The notes under the pieces were generated by a model. The model did not search any database, was not told the DNA's origin, and saw only the letters and a program-made list of their open reading frames with translations. From a virus, in IMG/VR virus record IMGVR_UViG_3300025810_000004, positions 94,947-158,946 of that record: a DNA stretch of 64,000 nt. One strand, 5' to 3'. A program made the position numbers and the translations under genes. Of this stretch, positions 48,340 to 57,073 are shown in pieces; the first letter of the stretch is position 1, and the number at the start of each line of letters is the position of its first letter.

Positions 48340-48374
48340 CACCCCTTTATCCTCATTTGGGGCTTCAATTAATA
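48340..48374 (-). promoter_or_regulatory. Early-type promoter motif, copy 1
   Basis: TATTAAT-N16-GATAAAGGGGTG on the minus strand. Confidence 0.75.
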
Positions 48375-48438
48375 TACTTTATTTCGAACTTGTATTTCGA
48401 ATTTAACCAAATTGTGCTTTAAGACACCAAAAACGCCA

Positions 48439-49182
48439 CTAAGCGGCGGCATCGCGCTCTGCGTTCAGCGACTCGGCGTAGGCCACGAGGTCAGCTCCGA
48501 GCTTGGTGTCCAGAGCCTTCCACTGGTCGAAGACCCCCAGAACGTGGCAGCAATCCGGACCGTAACCGATCTCGATGCTGGCCGGGACGGAGAGCTTGTG
48601 GCCACAACGGCAGCAGGCACCCTCGTGCCAGACCTCGACCACCTTGGGGAGGTCGGTGCCGAACCGGACCTGGTCCCAGATCCATGCGAACGCTTTGTGG
48701 CGCACGGTGTCGCTGGCCGGAACCTCACCGGGCTTGGCAACTCCGTACTTGTTGCACGCGCCACGGAGGCGGTACTCCTGGTTCGCGGTGGGGCGACCGT
48801 ACTTCTTGACGTTCTCAACCAGCTTCTGGTGGTTGTCGATCCAGTGACCCTTCAGCCCCTCAGCCATCTTGGCTTCGAGGGCAGCAGCCGCGTCACGCCA
48901 CCCGTAGGCGCGGTACTGCCCGTTGGGCTCCACGACCCCGATGCACTTGTAGTGCGACTTGCGGAGGTTGTTGTCTCCGGTGAAGACCCACACCTCAAAC
49001 AGGGCACCCGCGAGGTCGGGTTTGATCGCCTTGTAGGTGGCGCGGTTTCCGGTCTTGATGTTCTTGACGGTGAACATCGCGTTTCCGCCAGTGATGAACT
49101 CCATGATCGCCATGGGATTTTCCAGCAGACGCTGGTGGCGAGAGTTGTTGGCGGTGACTACGGGCTGGGATGCGTTGGCCAT
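48439..49182 (-). CDS. DUF6011-like zinc-binding protein
   Basis: HEGACCRCGHKLSVPASIEIGYGPDC; AGGAG RBS. Confidence 0.75.
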   Translation of the reverse strand: MANASQPVVTANNSRHQRLLENPMAIMEFITGGNAMFTVKNIKTGNRATYKAIKPDLAGALFEVWVFTGDNNLRKSHYKCIGVVEPNGQYRAYGWRDAAAALEAKMAEGLKGHWIDNHQKLVENVKKYGRPTANQEYRLRGACNKYGVAKPGEVPASDTVRHKAFAWIWDQVRFGTDLPKVVEVWHEGACCRCGHKLSVPASIEIGYGPDCCHVLGVFDQWKALDTKLGADLVAYAESLNAERDAAA

Positions 49183-49220
49183 TGTGATGACTCCTGCTTG
49201 GGTTGTACAGTTTTCTCTCT

Positions 49221-49256
49221 CACCCCTTTATCCTCGTTTAGGGGGCTCGATTAATA
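49221..49256 (-). promoter_or_regulatory. Early-type promoter motif, copy 2
   Basis: TATTAAT-N17-GATAAAGGGGTG. Confidence 0.75.
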
Positions 49257-49276
49257 CCTATTATTTTAGGCGAATG

Positions 49277-50134
49277 TCAGACGAGACCTTCGAGGACAGC
49301 CTCGTCGACCTCCACCTCGTCAGTCTGTGCCTTACAAGCAGCGACGCCACCAGCGTTGAGGAGCCAGTTGACGGTCCCCTCTTCGTCGGCGGGTGCCAGC
49401 TTGAAGCTGGTGTAGCGGCCAATCTTCAGCTGGGCACGAATTACCCGCTTGGCCACCTGCAGGGGTGCGCTCTTGGAGCGCGGGATCGGACCGTTCTCGG
49501 CTGCGGTGAGAACCTTCTGCCCGATCAGCAGTCCCTGGAGGTAGACCGTTCCGACGGGAGCAGCCAGCTTCGCGTCGGGGTCGGTGGAACCCTTGTAGAC
49601 GCGAGCACCACGGACCTTGTTGCCGTCCTTGTCGAGCAGAGGCTCGAAGACGTCAGCCGTGGTCGGCTTGGTGTCTCCGTCGATGGTGCGCTGGAGGTCA
49701 GCAACCACCGCGTCCACGGCAGCATCCACGATCTCGCGGGTGACGGGCACCTGACGCATCCCACCGGGGATCTCGGCGTCGAGACGGGCCACGAGGTCGG
49801 CCTTCTTCCCGGAGTCGTCCAGTCCGTTCTCGCGGCACCACTCCTGCAGCTGAGCCAGCTTCGCGGACTTCTTCCAGACGCGCTCCCATCCCATCAGGCC
49901 ACGGTCAGCGATCGCCTGCTTGTCGTCGGCGGTCATGGCCTCGGCCTCCGCCTTGGAGACGGTGACCAGCCGCATGTACTTGAACCCGGTGACCACGAGT
50001 GCATGCACGAGGTCGTCCCCGTATCGCTTCCCTCCGACGACGCGTCCGACCTTGGGGTAAATGAGTCCGGTGAAGCCCTTGTGGGCAGCGGCGAGGGTCT
50101 CAACGAGGTGGGGGAGGTTGGCGGAAACGGTCAT
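49277..50134 (-). CDS. Hypothetical protein with an inserted SAP DNA-binding motif
   Basis: KLAQLQEWCRENGLDDSGKKADLVARL matches the SAP consensus. Confidence 0.72.
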   Translation of the reverse strand: MTVSANLPHLVETLAAAHKGFTGLIYPKVGRVVGGKRYGDDLVHALVVTGFKYMRLVTVSKAEAEAMTADDKQAIADRGLMGWERVWKKSAKLAQLQEWCRENGLDDSGKKADLVARLDAEIPGGMRQVPVTREIVDAAVDAVVADLQRTIDGDTKPTTADVFEPLLDKDGNKVRGARVYKGSTDPDAKLAAPVGTVYLQGLLIGQKVLTAAENGPIPRSKSAPLQVAKRVIRAQLKIGRYTSFKLAPADEEGTVNWLLNAGGVAACKAQTDEVEVDEAVLEGLV

Positions 50135-50196
50135 GGAAAACTCCGGTGTGTGGGAATAACGGATGCAAACGCGTCGAAGGTGGAACCCCTCGGGTT

Positions 50197-50243
50197 TTTA
50201 TCTTTATTATAGACTTTGATTAATATATATATATATATATATA
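50197..50243 (-). promoter_or_regulatory. Early-type promoter motif, copy 3 (variant), joined to an (AT)10 run
   Basis: TATTAAT-N16-GATAAA at 50197-50225; AT repeat extends to 50243. Confidence 0.6.
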
Positions 50244-50296
50244 CGCACGGTATGTCCAAGAAGGACATACCGTGCGCTGTTGGGGGATCTAATCGT

Positions 50297-50935
50297 TTAT
50301 CGGCCCCAGATTTCGTCCTCGGTGGGCGACTCACCGCATTCCGCGTACAGAGCCTTCAAAACCTCTTCGGCCTCTTCAACTCCGTAGCCGTCCTCGTTCA
50401 TTTCCACACCCCGGATTTCTGCCAAGATGTGTTCACGTGGACGCTGTGCAGCCCCCAATTTCGCGACCTGAACCACCTGCGTCCGACCCTGGCCGAACAC
50501 CAGCATGGCTGGTGGGTTGGAATTGATGGCTTCGCGGATTACGACGCCCGTGACGCTGGTCACCTTCTTTTCCTTCCAGGACCAACCCTTGTAGGAAACC
50601 CCGGTGCCCATGCCCAACGACAGTTCCTGCTCGCAGTCGCTCTCTTCGGTCAGGTTCTGTGCTTCAAGCTCCACCACGATTTGGATGTTCACCCGCCCTT
50701 GGAGAGGGGAGGCACCAACCACCCTTGCGGTTTCATCCAACTCGATTCCCTGCAGCACCGCTTCCATCAAAGCACTGGACTTCTTGATGAAGTGCGAGAC
50801 GCCGTGGCGACCCGGTTCCCTCCGTTCCACCAATCCATCGGCAACAACGTCCGGGTCAGCAAGGGCGTGGTATACGTGAACCTCCACGCCCTTGCTTGGT
50901 TCTTCCCAGAAAGTGTGGGAGATTACAGCGAACAT
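50297..50935 (-). CDS. Hypothetical protein coupled to the VWA gene
   Basis: TGATG stop/start overlap. Confidence 0.7.
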   Translation of the reverse strand: MFAVISHTFWEEPSKGVEVHVYHALADPDVVADGLVERREPGRHGVSHFIKKSSALMEAVLQGIELDETARVVGASPLQGRVNIQIVVELEAQNLTEESDCEQELSLGMGTGVSYKGWSWKEKKVTSVTGVVIREAINSNPPAMLVFGQGRTQVVQVAKLGAAQRPREHILAEIRGVEMNEDGYGVEEAEEVLKALYAECGESPTEDEIWGR

Positions 50936-52413
50936 CAGTACCCCCGACGGGCATGGCCCGTGGTGCCGTCCAACTGGGCACGGCCACCACCAGTGGGAGG
51001 GAAGACCAGCGACTCAACCTTGTCGACCAAGGCGCGAGGCAGATCCTCGACATTTTCAACGACCACGTGGTCGGGGAAAAGACCCTCAACTCCGCGACAG
51101 CCCCAGCCGATGCCGACGCCCACGACCTTGATCCCAGCCTCTTCGGCCAGCCGGATCTGACGCTGCACCACCTTGGGGGAGTTGGGGACACCGTCCGTCA
51201 CTACCAGAATCAGACGGTGCTTCTCTTCCCGCGTGTTGATCTGTTCAAGGGCGAACTGAACCCCATCGCTGAGCGGAGTACCACCAGTGGCGCTGTACTT
51301 CCAGAAGCGGTCCGCAACGTCCTTGGTCTTCTCCTGCCAGTCCTTGAAGATGATGTAGTCCACGCCACTGGTCCGGTGGAAGTCTCCTTCTTTCACCAGA
51401 GCCCTGGCCCCGTAGGGGTTGGCCGCGTATTCCCAGTTGTCTCTGACGCCACAGCACAGGATGGGGGAGCCAAGGTCGCAGAAGGCACTGGCGACAGCGT
51501 ACATGCCCTTTGCTGCCATCTTGTAGAGTTTTCTGTCTCCACGACCTCCGTCCATCGAACCCGACATATCACCAACAACGGCGATCGCCAGACTCTCGGC
51601 AGGCTGCTTCTTGATCCGAGCCCACGGACGGCTGGGGGTCTTGCCTCCCTTCATTTCGATGAAGGAAGCGACCAGACGCCGATCCGAGAGGTGCGAACCA
51701 CGACGGAGACCGTGGCGAACCTCGGGCTGGCGGCTCGAAAGGAACTTGTTCCGGAAGTAACTGCGGAGAGCAGCCACGGTCGTCAGAAGCTCCTTGTCTG
51801 CCTTCCTGGTCTTCCGCTTGAAGGAGTCCCGCTGGTGATCAGCAATCTCCGGGGTTACCACCCGGTCACAGCCCGTGTCCCAAGGACGCCAGATCTGCTC
51901 GTCGGTGCGAACGTCCTCAGCTTCCTTGTCGAAGCCCTGAGTCAGAGCCTCCAGAGGGTCGAGAAGTCCGGTGTCTCCCTCGAAGTCTTCGAGTTCCATG
52001 CCCGGACCTTCGTCCTCGGCGTTCCCACCAGCCTTGTTGCCGCCTTCTTCGCCAGCACCCTCACCGTCGGCGTCGTCACCGTCATCGGCGTCGTCACCCT
52101 CGGCACTCTCTCCCTCACCCTCACCCTCGGCACCCTCACCGTCTTGGGGCTCACCGTCATCGGCGTCACCCTCGGCTTCTTCGCCGTCAGCGTCACCGTC
52201 GGTATCCTCACCACCCTCACCTTCGGTGGGGTCGTCAGCGCCCTCTTCCTCGGTGTCGTCGGCTTCGTCGCCAGCACCGTCGGCACCCTCGGTGTCGCCG
52301 TCTGCGGGCTCACCCTCGGCACCATCAGTGTCGTCAGCAGGTCGGGCCACCGGACGGAGCTGATCGGACGTTCCATCGAACAGACCGACCAGTCGCATCA
52401 TCATGGTTTTCAT
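50935..52413 (-). CDS. CobT-like VWA protein with a long acidic D/E/G linker
   Basis: MIDAS DMSGSM, GGTPLSDG, LVVTDGVP, VGVGIG. GGAGG RBS before MKTMMM. Confidence 0.85.
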   Translation of the reverse strand: MKTMMMRLVGLFDGTSDQLRPVARPADDTDGAEGEPADGDTEGADGAGDEADDTEEEGADDPTEGEGGEDTDGDADGEEAEGDADDGEPQDGEGAEGEGEGESAEGDDADDGDDADGEGAGEEGGNKAGGNAEDEGPGMELEDFEGDTGLLDPLEALTQGFDKEAEDVRTDEQIWRPWDTGCDRVVTPEIADHQRDSFKRKTRKADKELLTTVAALRSYFRNKFLSSRQPEVRHGLRRGSHLSDRRLVASFIEMKGGKTPSRPWARIKKQPAESLAIAVVGDMSGSMDGGRGDRKLYKMAAKGMYAVASAFCDLGSPILCCGVRDNWEYAANPYGARALVKEGDFHRTSGVDYIIFKDWQEKTKDVADRFWKYSATGGTPLSDGVQFALEQINTREEKHRLILVVTDGVPNSPKVVQRQIRLAEEAGIKVVGVGIGWGCRGVEGLFPDHVVVENVEDLPRALVDKVESLVFPPTGGGRAQLDGTTGHARRGY

Positions 52414-52425
52414 AACTTTTGCCTC

Positions 52426-52460
52426 CACCCCTTTATCCCTCTTTCGGAGTTTGATTAATA
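52426..52460 (-). promoter_or_regulatory. Early-type promoter motif, copy 4
   Basis: 52422-52460 is identical over 39 bp to 56600-56638. Confidence 0.78.
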
Positions 52461-52468
52461 CCCACCCT

Positions 52469-53554
52469 TCACTCCTCAACCAGCGACCACTGGAGGTCCT
52501 GGACCCCGGTTTCGGGGTGGGGGACTCCAGCAACCACGACCTCGACCATCTGCCCGGTGGCCTTGATCTCGGCACGGTCACCGACCTTCCACATGTGACC
52601 CTTGGGAGGTGGGTTCGACTTCTTGTCGTCGTTGGCGTCTTCCTCGGTGGGCTCGCCTTCACCCTCACCCGGCTCACCCTCACCTTCGGTGGGAGGGGGA
52701 GGCTGCTGGGACTTGACCAGACCGAACAGGTAAGCCACGACTTCCATCGCAAGCCACCAGTGTCCCAAGTCGTCTTCGCGAGTCATGTTGATCGCACGGT
52801 CCAGAAAGGGACGGAGTTCACCACCCGCAACCAGCTGGAAATGTTCGGGGGACGAAGCCGCGTAGCGGATCACCGCGTTCCGCTGGGTCGGGGTCTCGTA
52901 CCCCAAACCAAGGTCGCGGAAGGTTCCCGCAATCACCTGCATGGGTCCAATCATGCTGGCCCGGTGTTCGTTGACAATCAGCCCCATCCCCTCCTGCTCC
53001 AGGATGAAGTCCTGGAGGTCGGGCATGACCGAACCAGCACCGGGGTGATCCTCGCACCCACGACGCTCAATCCGAATGTCCTCAATCAGGTTCCCCCAGT
53101 GGAGGACCATTCCGACCAGCCGAGGCCAGTTCTTGTCCGGGTCGGGAATCAGGTTCCACCGATCCTTCAGCGGACCCCAGACCTCTTCGAAGGTGAGGTC
53201 ACGAGTGCAGCTGTACTTGTCGTGCCAGCTCTCGTGGTAGACCCCAGCGATGCGGACACGCTGTGGCTTCCGGGTCTTGGCCTCCGAATCGGCAGGACCC
53301 CAAGCGGCAACGTTCAGCTGCTTATGAGGTTCCGGAACACGGGTTGCGTTGGCGGCTGCGATCGCAGTGCGGACCATCCACTCGTCCAGTCCGTTTCCGA
53401 GCTTGATCCCGTTGGCGATCTTGTCGAAGAGGATTCGAGCGGTCCAGCGGTTGACGTTGTAGAACATCTTCCCGGTGGCTCGGACGGGAGGGCAAGCCTC
53501 TCCGAGGATGGACTCACCAGCAGCCTGCTGGGCCTCGCGCATGGCGTTGATCAC
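52469..53554 (-). CDS. CobT N-terminal-like HExxH domain protein
   Basis: YHESWH and GNLIEDIRIER, then a P/E/G linker and a short KVGDRAEI KOW/SH3-like tail. Confidence 0.75.
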   Translation of the reverse strand: MINAMREAQQAAGESILGEACPPVRATGKMFYNVNRWTARILFDKIANGIKLGNGLDEWMVRTAIAAANATRVPEPHKQLNVAAWGPADSEAKTRKPQRVRIAGVYHESWHDKYSCTRDLTFEEVWGPLKDRWNLIPDPDKNWPRLVGMVLHWGNLIEDIRIERRGCEDHPGAGSVMPDLQDFILEQEGMGLIVNEHRASMIGPMQVIAGTFRDLGLGYETPTQRNAVIRYAASSPEHFQLVAGGELRPFLDRAINMTREDDLGHWWLAMEVVAYLFGLVKSQQPPPPTEGEGEPGEGEGEPTEEDANDDKKSNPPPKGHMWKVGDRAEIKATGQMVEVVVAGVPHPETGVQDLQWSLVEE

Positions 53555-53607
53555 TTCGCTTCTCCTTGTCTCTGTGAGAGATCCAGATTTGGTGTGTTTT
53601 TCCCTTT

Positions 53608-53642
53608 CACCCCTTTATCCTCATTCGGGGTTTCAATTAATA
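53608..53642 (-). promoter_or_regulatory. Early-type promoter motif, copy 5
   Basis: TATTAAT-N16-GATAAAGGGGTG. Confidence 0.78.
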
Positions 53643-54121
53643 CCTCCCCTGACGAGGTCTTGGAACTTGGGTCCAAGGAACTGCAGGGAGTAGACCCCCT
53701 TCTGGTCGAACACCTCGACCTTTGCGGACACAAGCACAGCCCATTCGTTTTCGATGGCCACCACGAAGTCTCTCCCCACGTAGGACACAGGGGTTACGCG
53801 CCCAGGCAGCGAGCGAGGGTCTTCCTTTAGCTTCCCTTGGTCCCAGAGAGCTTTCACGGCCCCAAGGTCCATACCGGACTCCCAAAGCCAAAGGAAGCCC
53901 TCGGAGAGGTCTTCGATGGCCACCAGCGTTCCAGTACCTGCGGGGGTGTAATCCTGGAACTCTCGCTCTTCGATCGTGTATTCGTCTCCTACCACCAAAC
54001 CACGGTCCAAATACGACAAAAGCACCTCCCCCAACTCAGCGTCGGAGGAGGTCCAGTCCATGGGTCCCATGCTGGGGTCGGAGACCGGGTGGTTGCCCAC
54101 CACAATCCGACGCAGTTTCAT
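53633..54121 (-). CDS. Hypothetical protein
   Basis: ATGA overlap with the upstream gene. Confidence 0.7.
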   Translation of the reverse strand: MKLRRIVVGNHPVSDPSMGPMDWTSSDAELGEVLLSYLDRGLVVGDEYTIEEREFQDYTPAGTGTLVAIEDLSEGFLWLWESGMDLGAVKALWDQGKLKEDPRSLPGRVTPVSYVGRDFVVAIENEWAVLVSAKVEVFDQKGVYSLQFLGPKFQDLVRGGIN

Positions 54122-54498
54122 TCGTCTTCTCCCTGGTCCCAGCGGAACCCGATACGTGCCTTGTATTCCTTGCGTTCGATGTAAGCCATCAGGATTGATA
54201 CCTGACGTGGCTCCAGGAGTTCAAGAACGGTGGATGTGTCGCGGATTTCCGCGTTGGTGGTGACGCGGATGGTCTCCAGGAATCGGTCTCCCAATTCCTG
54301 GGCCAGACGGTCGAGGTCGACCCCCTTGCGCAGCACCCACTTCGGGTCCTGGTGGGTCACCAGGATTCTCCCGGAGTCACAGGTCAGAACGCCCGTGCTC
54401 CGGTTTTCTTCGCGAATCTTCTCCTTGATGGATTCCAGTTCCTTGGTCATGGAGTCGATGGCCTTGGCCAGGGCAATTGCCCGATCGAGGTCAGCCAC
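54118..54498 (-). CDS. Hypothetical coiled-coil protein (GTG start 54498)
   Basis: GAGG RBS. The 5' part of track ORF 54118..54939 is an overlap artefact. Confidence 0.65.
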   Translation of the reverse strand: MADLDRAIALAKAIDSMTKELESIKEKIREENRSTGVLTCDSGRILVTHQDPKWVLRKGVDLDRLAQELGDRFLETIRVTTNAEIRDTSTVLELLEPRQVSILMAYIERKEYKARIGFRWDQGEDE

Positions 54499-54499
54499 A

Positions 54500-55264
54500 T
54501 CAACCTCGCTCAGCGTGGCAGCCCACGTGGTAGGCACCCTCGGCCTCGACCCGAACGAACTGGTCACCGGGCTCGATGAAGCCCCGGCACTCCCGGCAGA
54601 ACAGCGGGAATTCAGCCCAATGGAGCTGCACATCACCACGCTCAGCAGCCGCAAGGAGGGCAACCTCGTCGGCCTCCTGCTCGGCAACAACCGGAGCTTC
54701 GACCTCGACTGCGACCCATGCCGCGAGCCGTGCAGCAGCCTCGGCGTAGCGGACTGCCTTTGCCTCACCGCAGAACCCAGCCAGAGGGCAACCACGGCAG
54801 GTGCGCGAACGCAGGTTCTGGGCACCAAAGCATTTGGTCTGCTCGATGACCCGGAGCCGGAGGTTCTCGTCGGCTTCCATGATGGGGTGGTTGGAGAGGG
54901 CAGCGTGTCGCACTGCCTTGACCGCCTTGGAGACCTCAACCGCTCCAGCCGCCTCAGCGACCGTCTGAGTGGCGACTGCCTGCTCAGGCACCTTCAAGGT
55001 GAAGGAACCCCGCTTGGGGCTGAAGACCTTTCCCTCGTCGCGGAGCTTGGAGAGGGCGAACGACATATCCCGTCGCGCCTTGGGGTAGTCCTTGCCGCGA
55101 GCCTTGATGTGGCCCCAGTGGTCCCAGCCGGGGAATCCCTCGGTGGCGACGATTGCGGCATCGACGTCCGGGGTTCGGACCATTCCGTCCGCAGCGATGT
55201 TCTGGAGAACAGCGAGGACGACAGGCTTCCAAGCGGTGACGTCGGAGTTGGCGGGGAAGTTCAT
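54500..55264 (-). CDS. Mrr-N-like winged-helix protein with Cys-rich zinc-binding modules
   Basis: KPVVLAVL...FALSKLRDEGKVFSPKRGSFTL resembles Mrr_N; also CFG...CRGCPLAGFC and CRECR...YHVGC. Confidence 0.65.
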   Translation of the reverse strand: MNFPANSDVTAWKPVVLAVLQNIAADGMVRTPDVDAAIVATEGFPGWDHWGHIKARGKDYPKARRDMSFALSKLRDEGKVFSPKRGSFTLKVPEQAVATQTVAEAAGAVEVSKAVKAVRHAALSNHPIMEADENLRLRVIEQTKCFGAQNLRSRTCRGCPLAGFCGEAKAVRYAEAAARLAAWVAVEVEAPVVAEQEADEVALLAAAERGDVQLHWAEFPLFCRECRGFIEPGDQFVRVEAEGAYHVGCHAERG

Positions 55265-55315
55265 TGTTGTTTGTCTCCTTGTCTCCCTGTGGGAGATCGG
55301 GTGATTTGGGGCTCT

Positions 55316-55350
55316 CACCCCTTTATCCTTCTTTGGGGCTCTGATTAATG
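55316..55350 (-). promoter_or_regulatory. Early-type promoter motif, copy 6
   Basis: CATTAAT-N16-GATAAAGGGGTG. Confidence 0.75.
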
Positions 55351-55367
55351 GGTCAGTGTTCGACCGA

Positions 55368-56522
55368 TCAGAACCCGACCTCTGCGTCGGCGTCGTTGAG
55401 GACACCGCACTTGATGGCCTCGTTGATCGCTGCCTCGGCAATCAGGATCTGGTCGCCGTCCAGACGCTCCGTCCAAGCCTCCATGGCCTCGGCCAGAATC
55501 TTGTCGGCAGTCCGATTCGGGAAGTCCTCACGGACGTTGCGAGCGCACTTCATGATTGCCTGAACGCCACGCATCGACAGACCGCTGCTGCAGTAGAGCT
55601 TGCGCTCGACCAGCATGGCGCGGATCCGCTCAACGCACTTGCCCAGAGTGTCGAAGATCTCCGGCATGGCCTCGTTCATTCCGGGGAACATGGCCCGGTA
55701 GATGACCACCTCTTCCTCCCACGCCATGTGGTGGAAGCGGATGAACTCACCCATCCGGTCGAGCAGCGAACCGTCGATCGGACGGCTGCTCATACCGTCA
55801 GCACCGTTGCCGTTGGAGTTGGCGGTGAAGACGAACTGCGTTCCCGGCAAGATCTTGTGGGCCTTGCCGTAGGGGTCGATGACCCGCTTCGAGGTCGTGT
55901 CGAGGACGAGCCGGAACTCTTCCAACTGGTCTTCGTCGCCACGGTCGACGTCGGAGAACAGAATCAGGAAGGGACGACGGATTCCATCGGCTCCCACGTA
56001 GCCCTCGGTGAGAGCCTTCCAGAGGGCACCGAACTCCCAGCCCGTCCCCTCGCTGTCCAGCTTCTGCTTGTAGAACCAACCCTTGACGTCGGTTCCACGG
56101 GTGAAGCAGAACGCCAAGGACGGCTTGCGCTGGGCGTAGCAGAACTGGTGAGGAAGAGCGTCCTTGCCGGTACCGGGACCGCCGTAGAGGAAGACGGGCT
56201 CACCACCCTTCAGCGCACGGTTGGCGCGTTCGTGGGCACGAGCCGCCTTGCCCTTCTTGGGCAGGAAGTAGTGGGGAATGCCGGGCAGGCACTCTTCCTC
56301 GGGGACGTGAGCGTCGATCTTGTAGGTGTACCGACCAAACTGGAACGTCAGGTTGTTGAGGTCGGGAGCCTTTCGCTTCACCTTGACCTCAGCCTCCAGT
56401 TCAGGGGAGACGAGTTCCGCCTCTTTGAAGTCGGCTGGGTCGAGTCCGTGCACCTCCTCGATGTGAGGGGTGAGGAAGTGGCCAACGTGGTTGCAGCCTT
56501 CGACGGGGCAGGTGATTGCCAT
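55368..56522 (-). CDS. MoxR/CbbQ/CobS-like AAA+ ATPase with an N-terminal C2H2 zinc finger
   Basis: CPVEGC...HIEEVH, Walker A GGPGTGKD, Walker-B-like ILFSDVDR, sensor-1 FTANSNG, DGSLLDR, SMRG. Confidence 0.85.
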   Translation of the reverse strand: MAITCPVEGCNHVGHFLTPHIEEVHGLDPADFKEAELVSPELEAEVKVKRKAPDLNNLTFQFGRYTYKIDAHVPEEECLPGIPHYFLPKKGKAARAHERANRALKGGEPVFLYGGPGTGKDALPHQFCYAQRKPSLAFCFTRGTDVKGWFYKQKLDSEGTGWEFGALWKALTEGYVGADGIRRPFLILFSDVDRGDEDQLEEFRLVLDTTSKRVIDPYGKAHKILPGTQFVFTANSNGNGADGMSSRPIDGSLLDRMGEFIRFHHMAWEEEVVIYRAMFPGMNEAMPEIFDTLGKCVERIRAMLVERKLYCSSGLSMRGVQAIMKCARNVREDFPNRTADKILAEAMEAWTERLDGDQILIAEAAINEAIKCGVLNDADAEVGF

Positions 56523-56603
56523 GTGTGTTGTCTCCTTGTCTCTCTGTGAGAGATCCGGTGAGTGTGAATTTACAGGGTTAGAGAGTCGCACTGACTCCCC
56601 CTC

Positions 56604-56638
56604 CACCCCTTTATCCCTCTTTCGGAGTTTGATTAATA
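56604..56638 (-). promoter_or_regulatory. Early-type promoter motif, copy 7
   Basis: TATTAAT-N16-GATAAAGGGGTG. Confidence 0.78.
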
Positions 56639-56657
56639 TATCCCTCAGTTCTACCGA

Positions 56658-56954
56658 TTAGAAGGGCATATCGTCATCATCCCAGGTTTCTTCCTGGAGG
56701 GTGGGGGGCTGCTGGTACCTGACGTCGGCGTCCACGATGGCCTTCAGCAGTGCGAGGTAGTTGCGGTCGTTTTCCCAGAATTCGTCGGGGACGAGGATAC
56801 CCATAGCATCCCGCAGCTGGATCTCCTCGACCTCTGGTTCCTCAGGTGGGTCCCAATACGAGCCGGGGTAGCCGTCGTGGTACTCGACGGTTCCGGTCAG
56901 GAGCCCCAACCCCTCAACAACGAGACCAGACTCAGCCGTGACTTCGATCTTCAC
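56658..56954 (-). CDS. Small acidic hypothetical protein ending in an SSB-like tail (DDDDMPF)
   Basis: GGAGG RBS then GTG; PGSYWDPPE motif. Confidence 0.65.
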   Translation of the reverse strand: MKIEVTAESGLVVEGLGLLTGTVEYHDGYPGSYWDPPEEPEVEEIQLRDAMGILVPDEFWENDRNYLALLKAIVDADVRYQQPPTLQEETWDDDDMPF

Positions 56955-57073
56955 TGCGCACCTCCAGTTTGATAAATGCCGATAAACGGAATTGCTTTTT
57001 CGGCAGTTGTTTCGAACTTGTATTCGAATTCTAATTCGAACGCCCCAGAAGGGCATCATGCGACTGACAACGT

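Noticed and set aside
52414-52752. 5' extension of the VWA ORF implying a programmed frameshift from the HExxH gene
   Set aside because: The extension crosses a promoter, no slippery site was seen, and there is a good GGAGG RBS before ATG 52413.
48412-56549. Long + strand ORFs (48412, 49037, 50896, 52403, 54230, 55356)
   Set aside because: Antisense shadows of GC-rich minus-strand genes that have motifs, RBSs and promoters. The hydrophobic repeats in 50896..52458 mirror the acidic linker.
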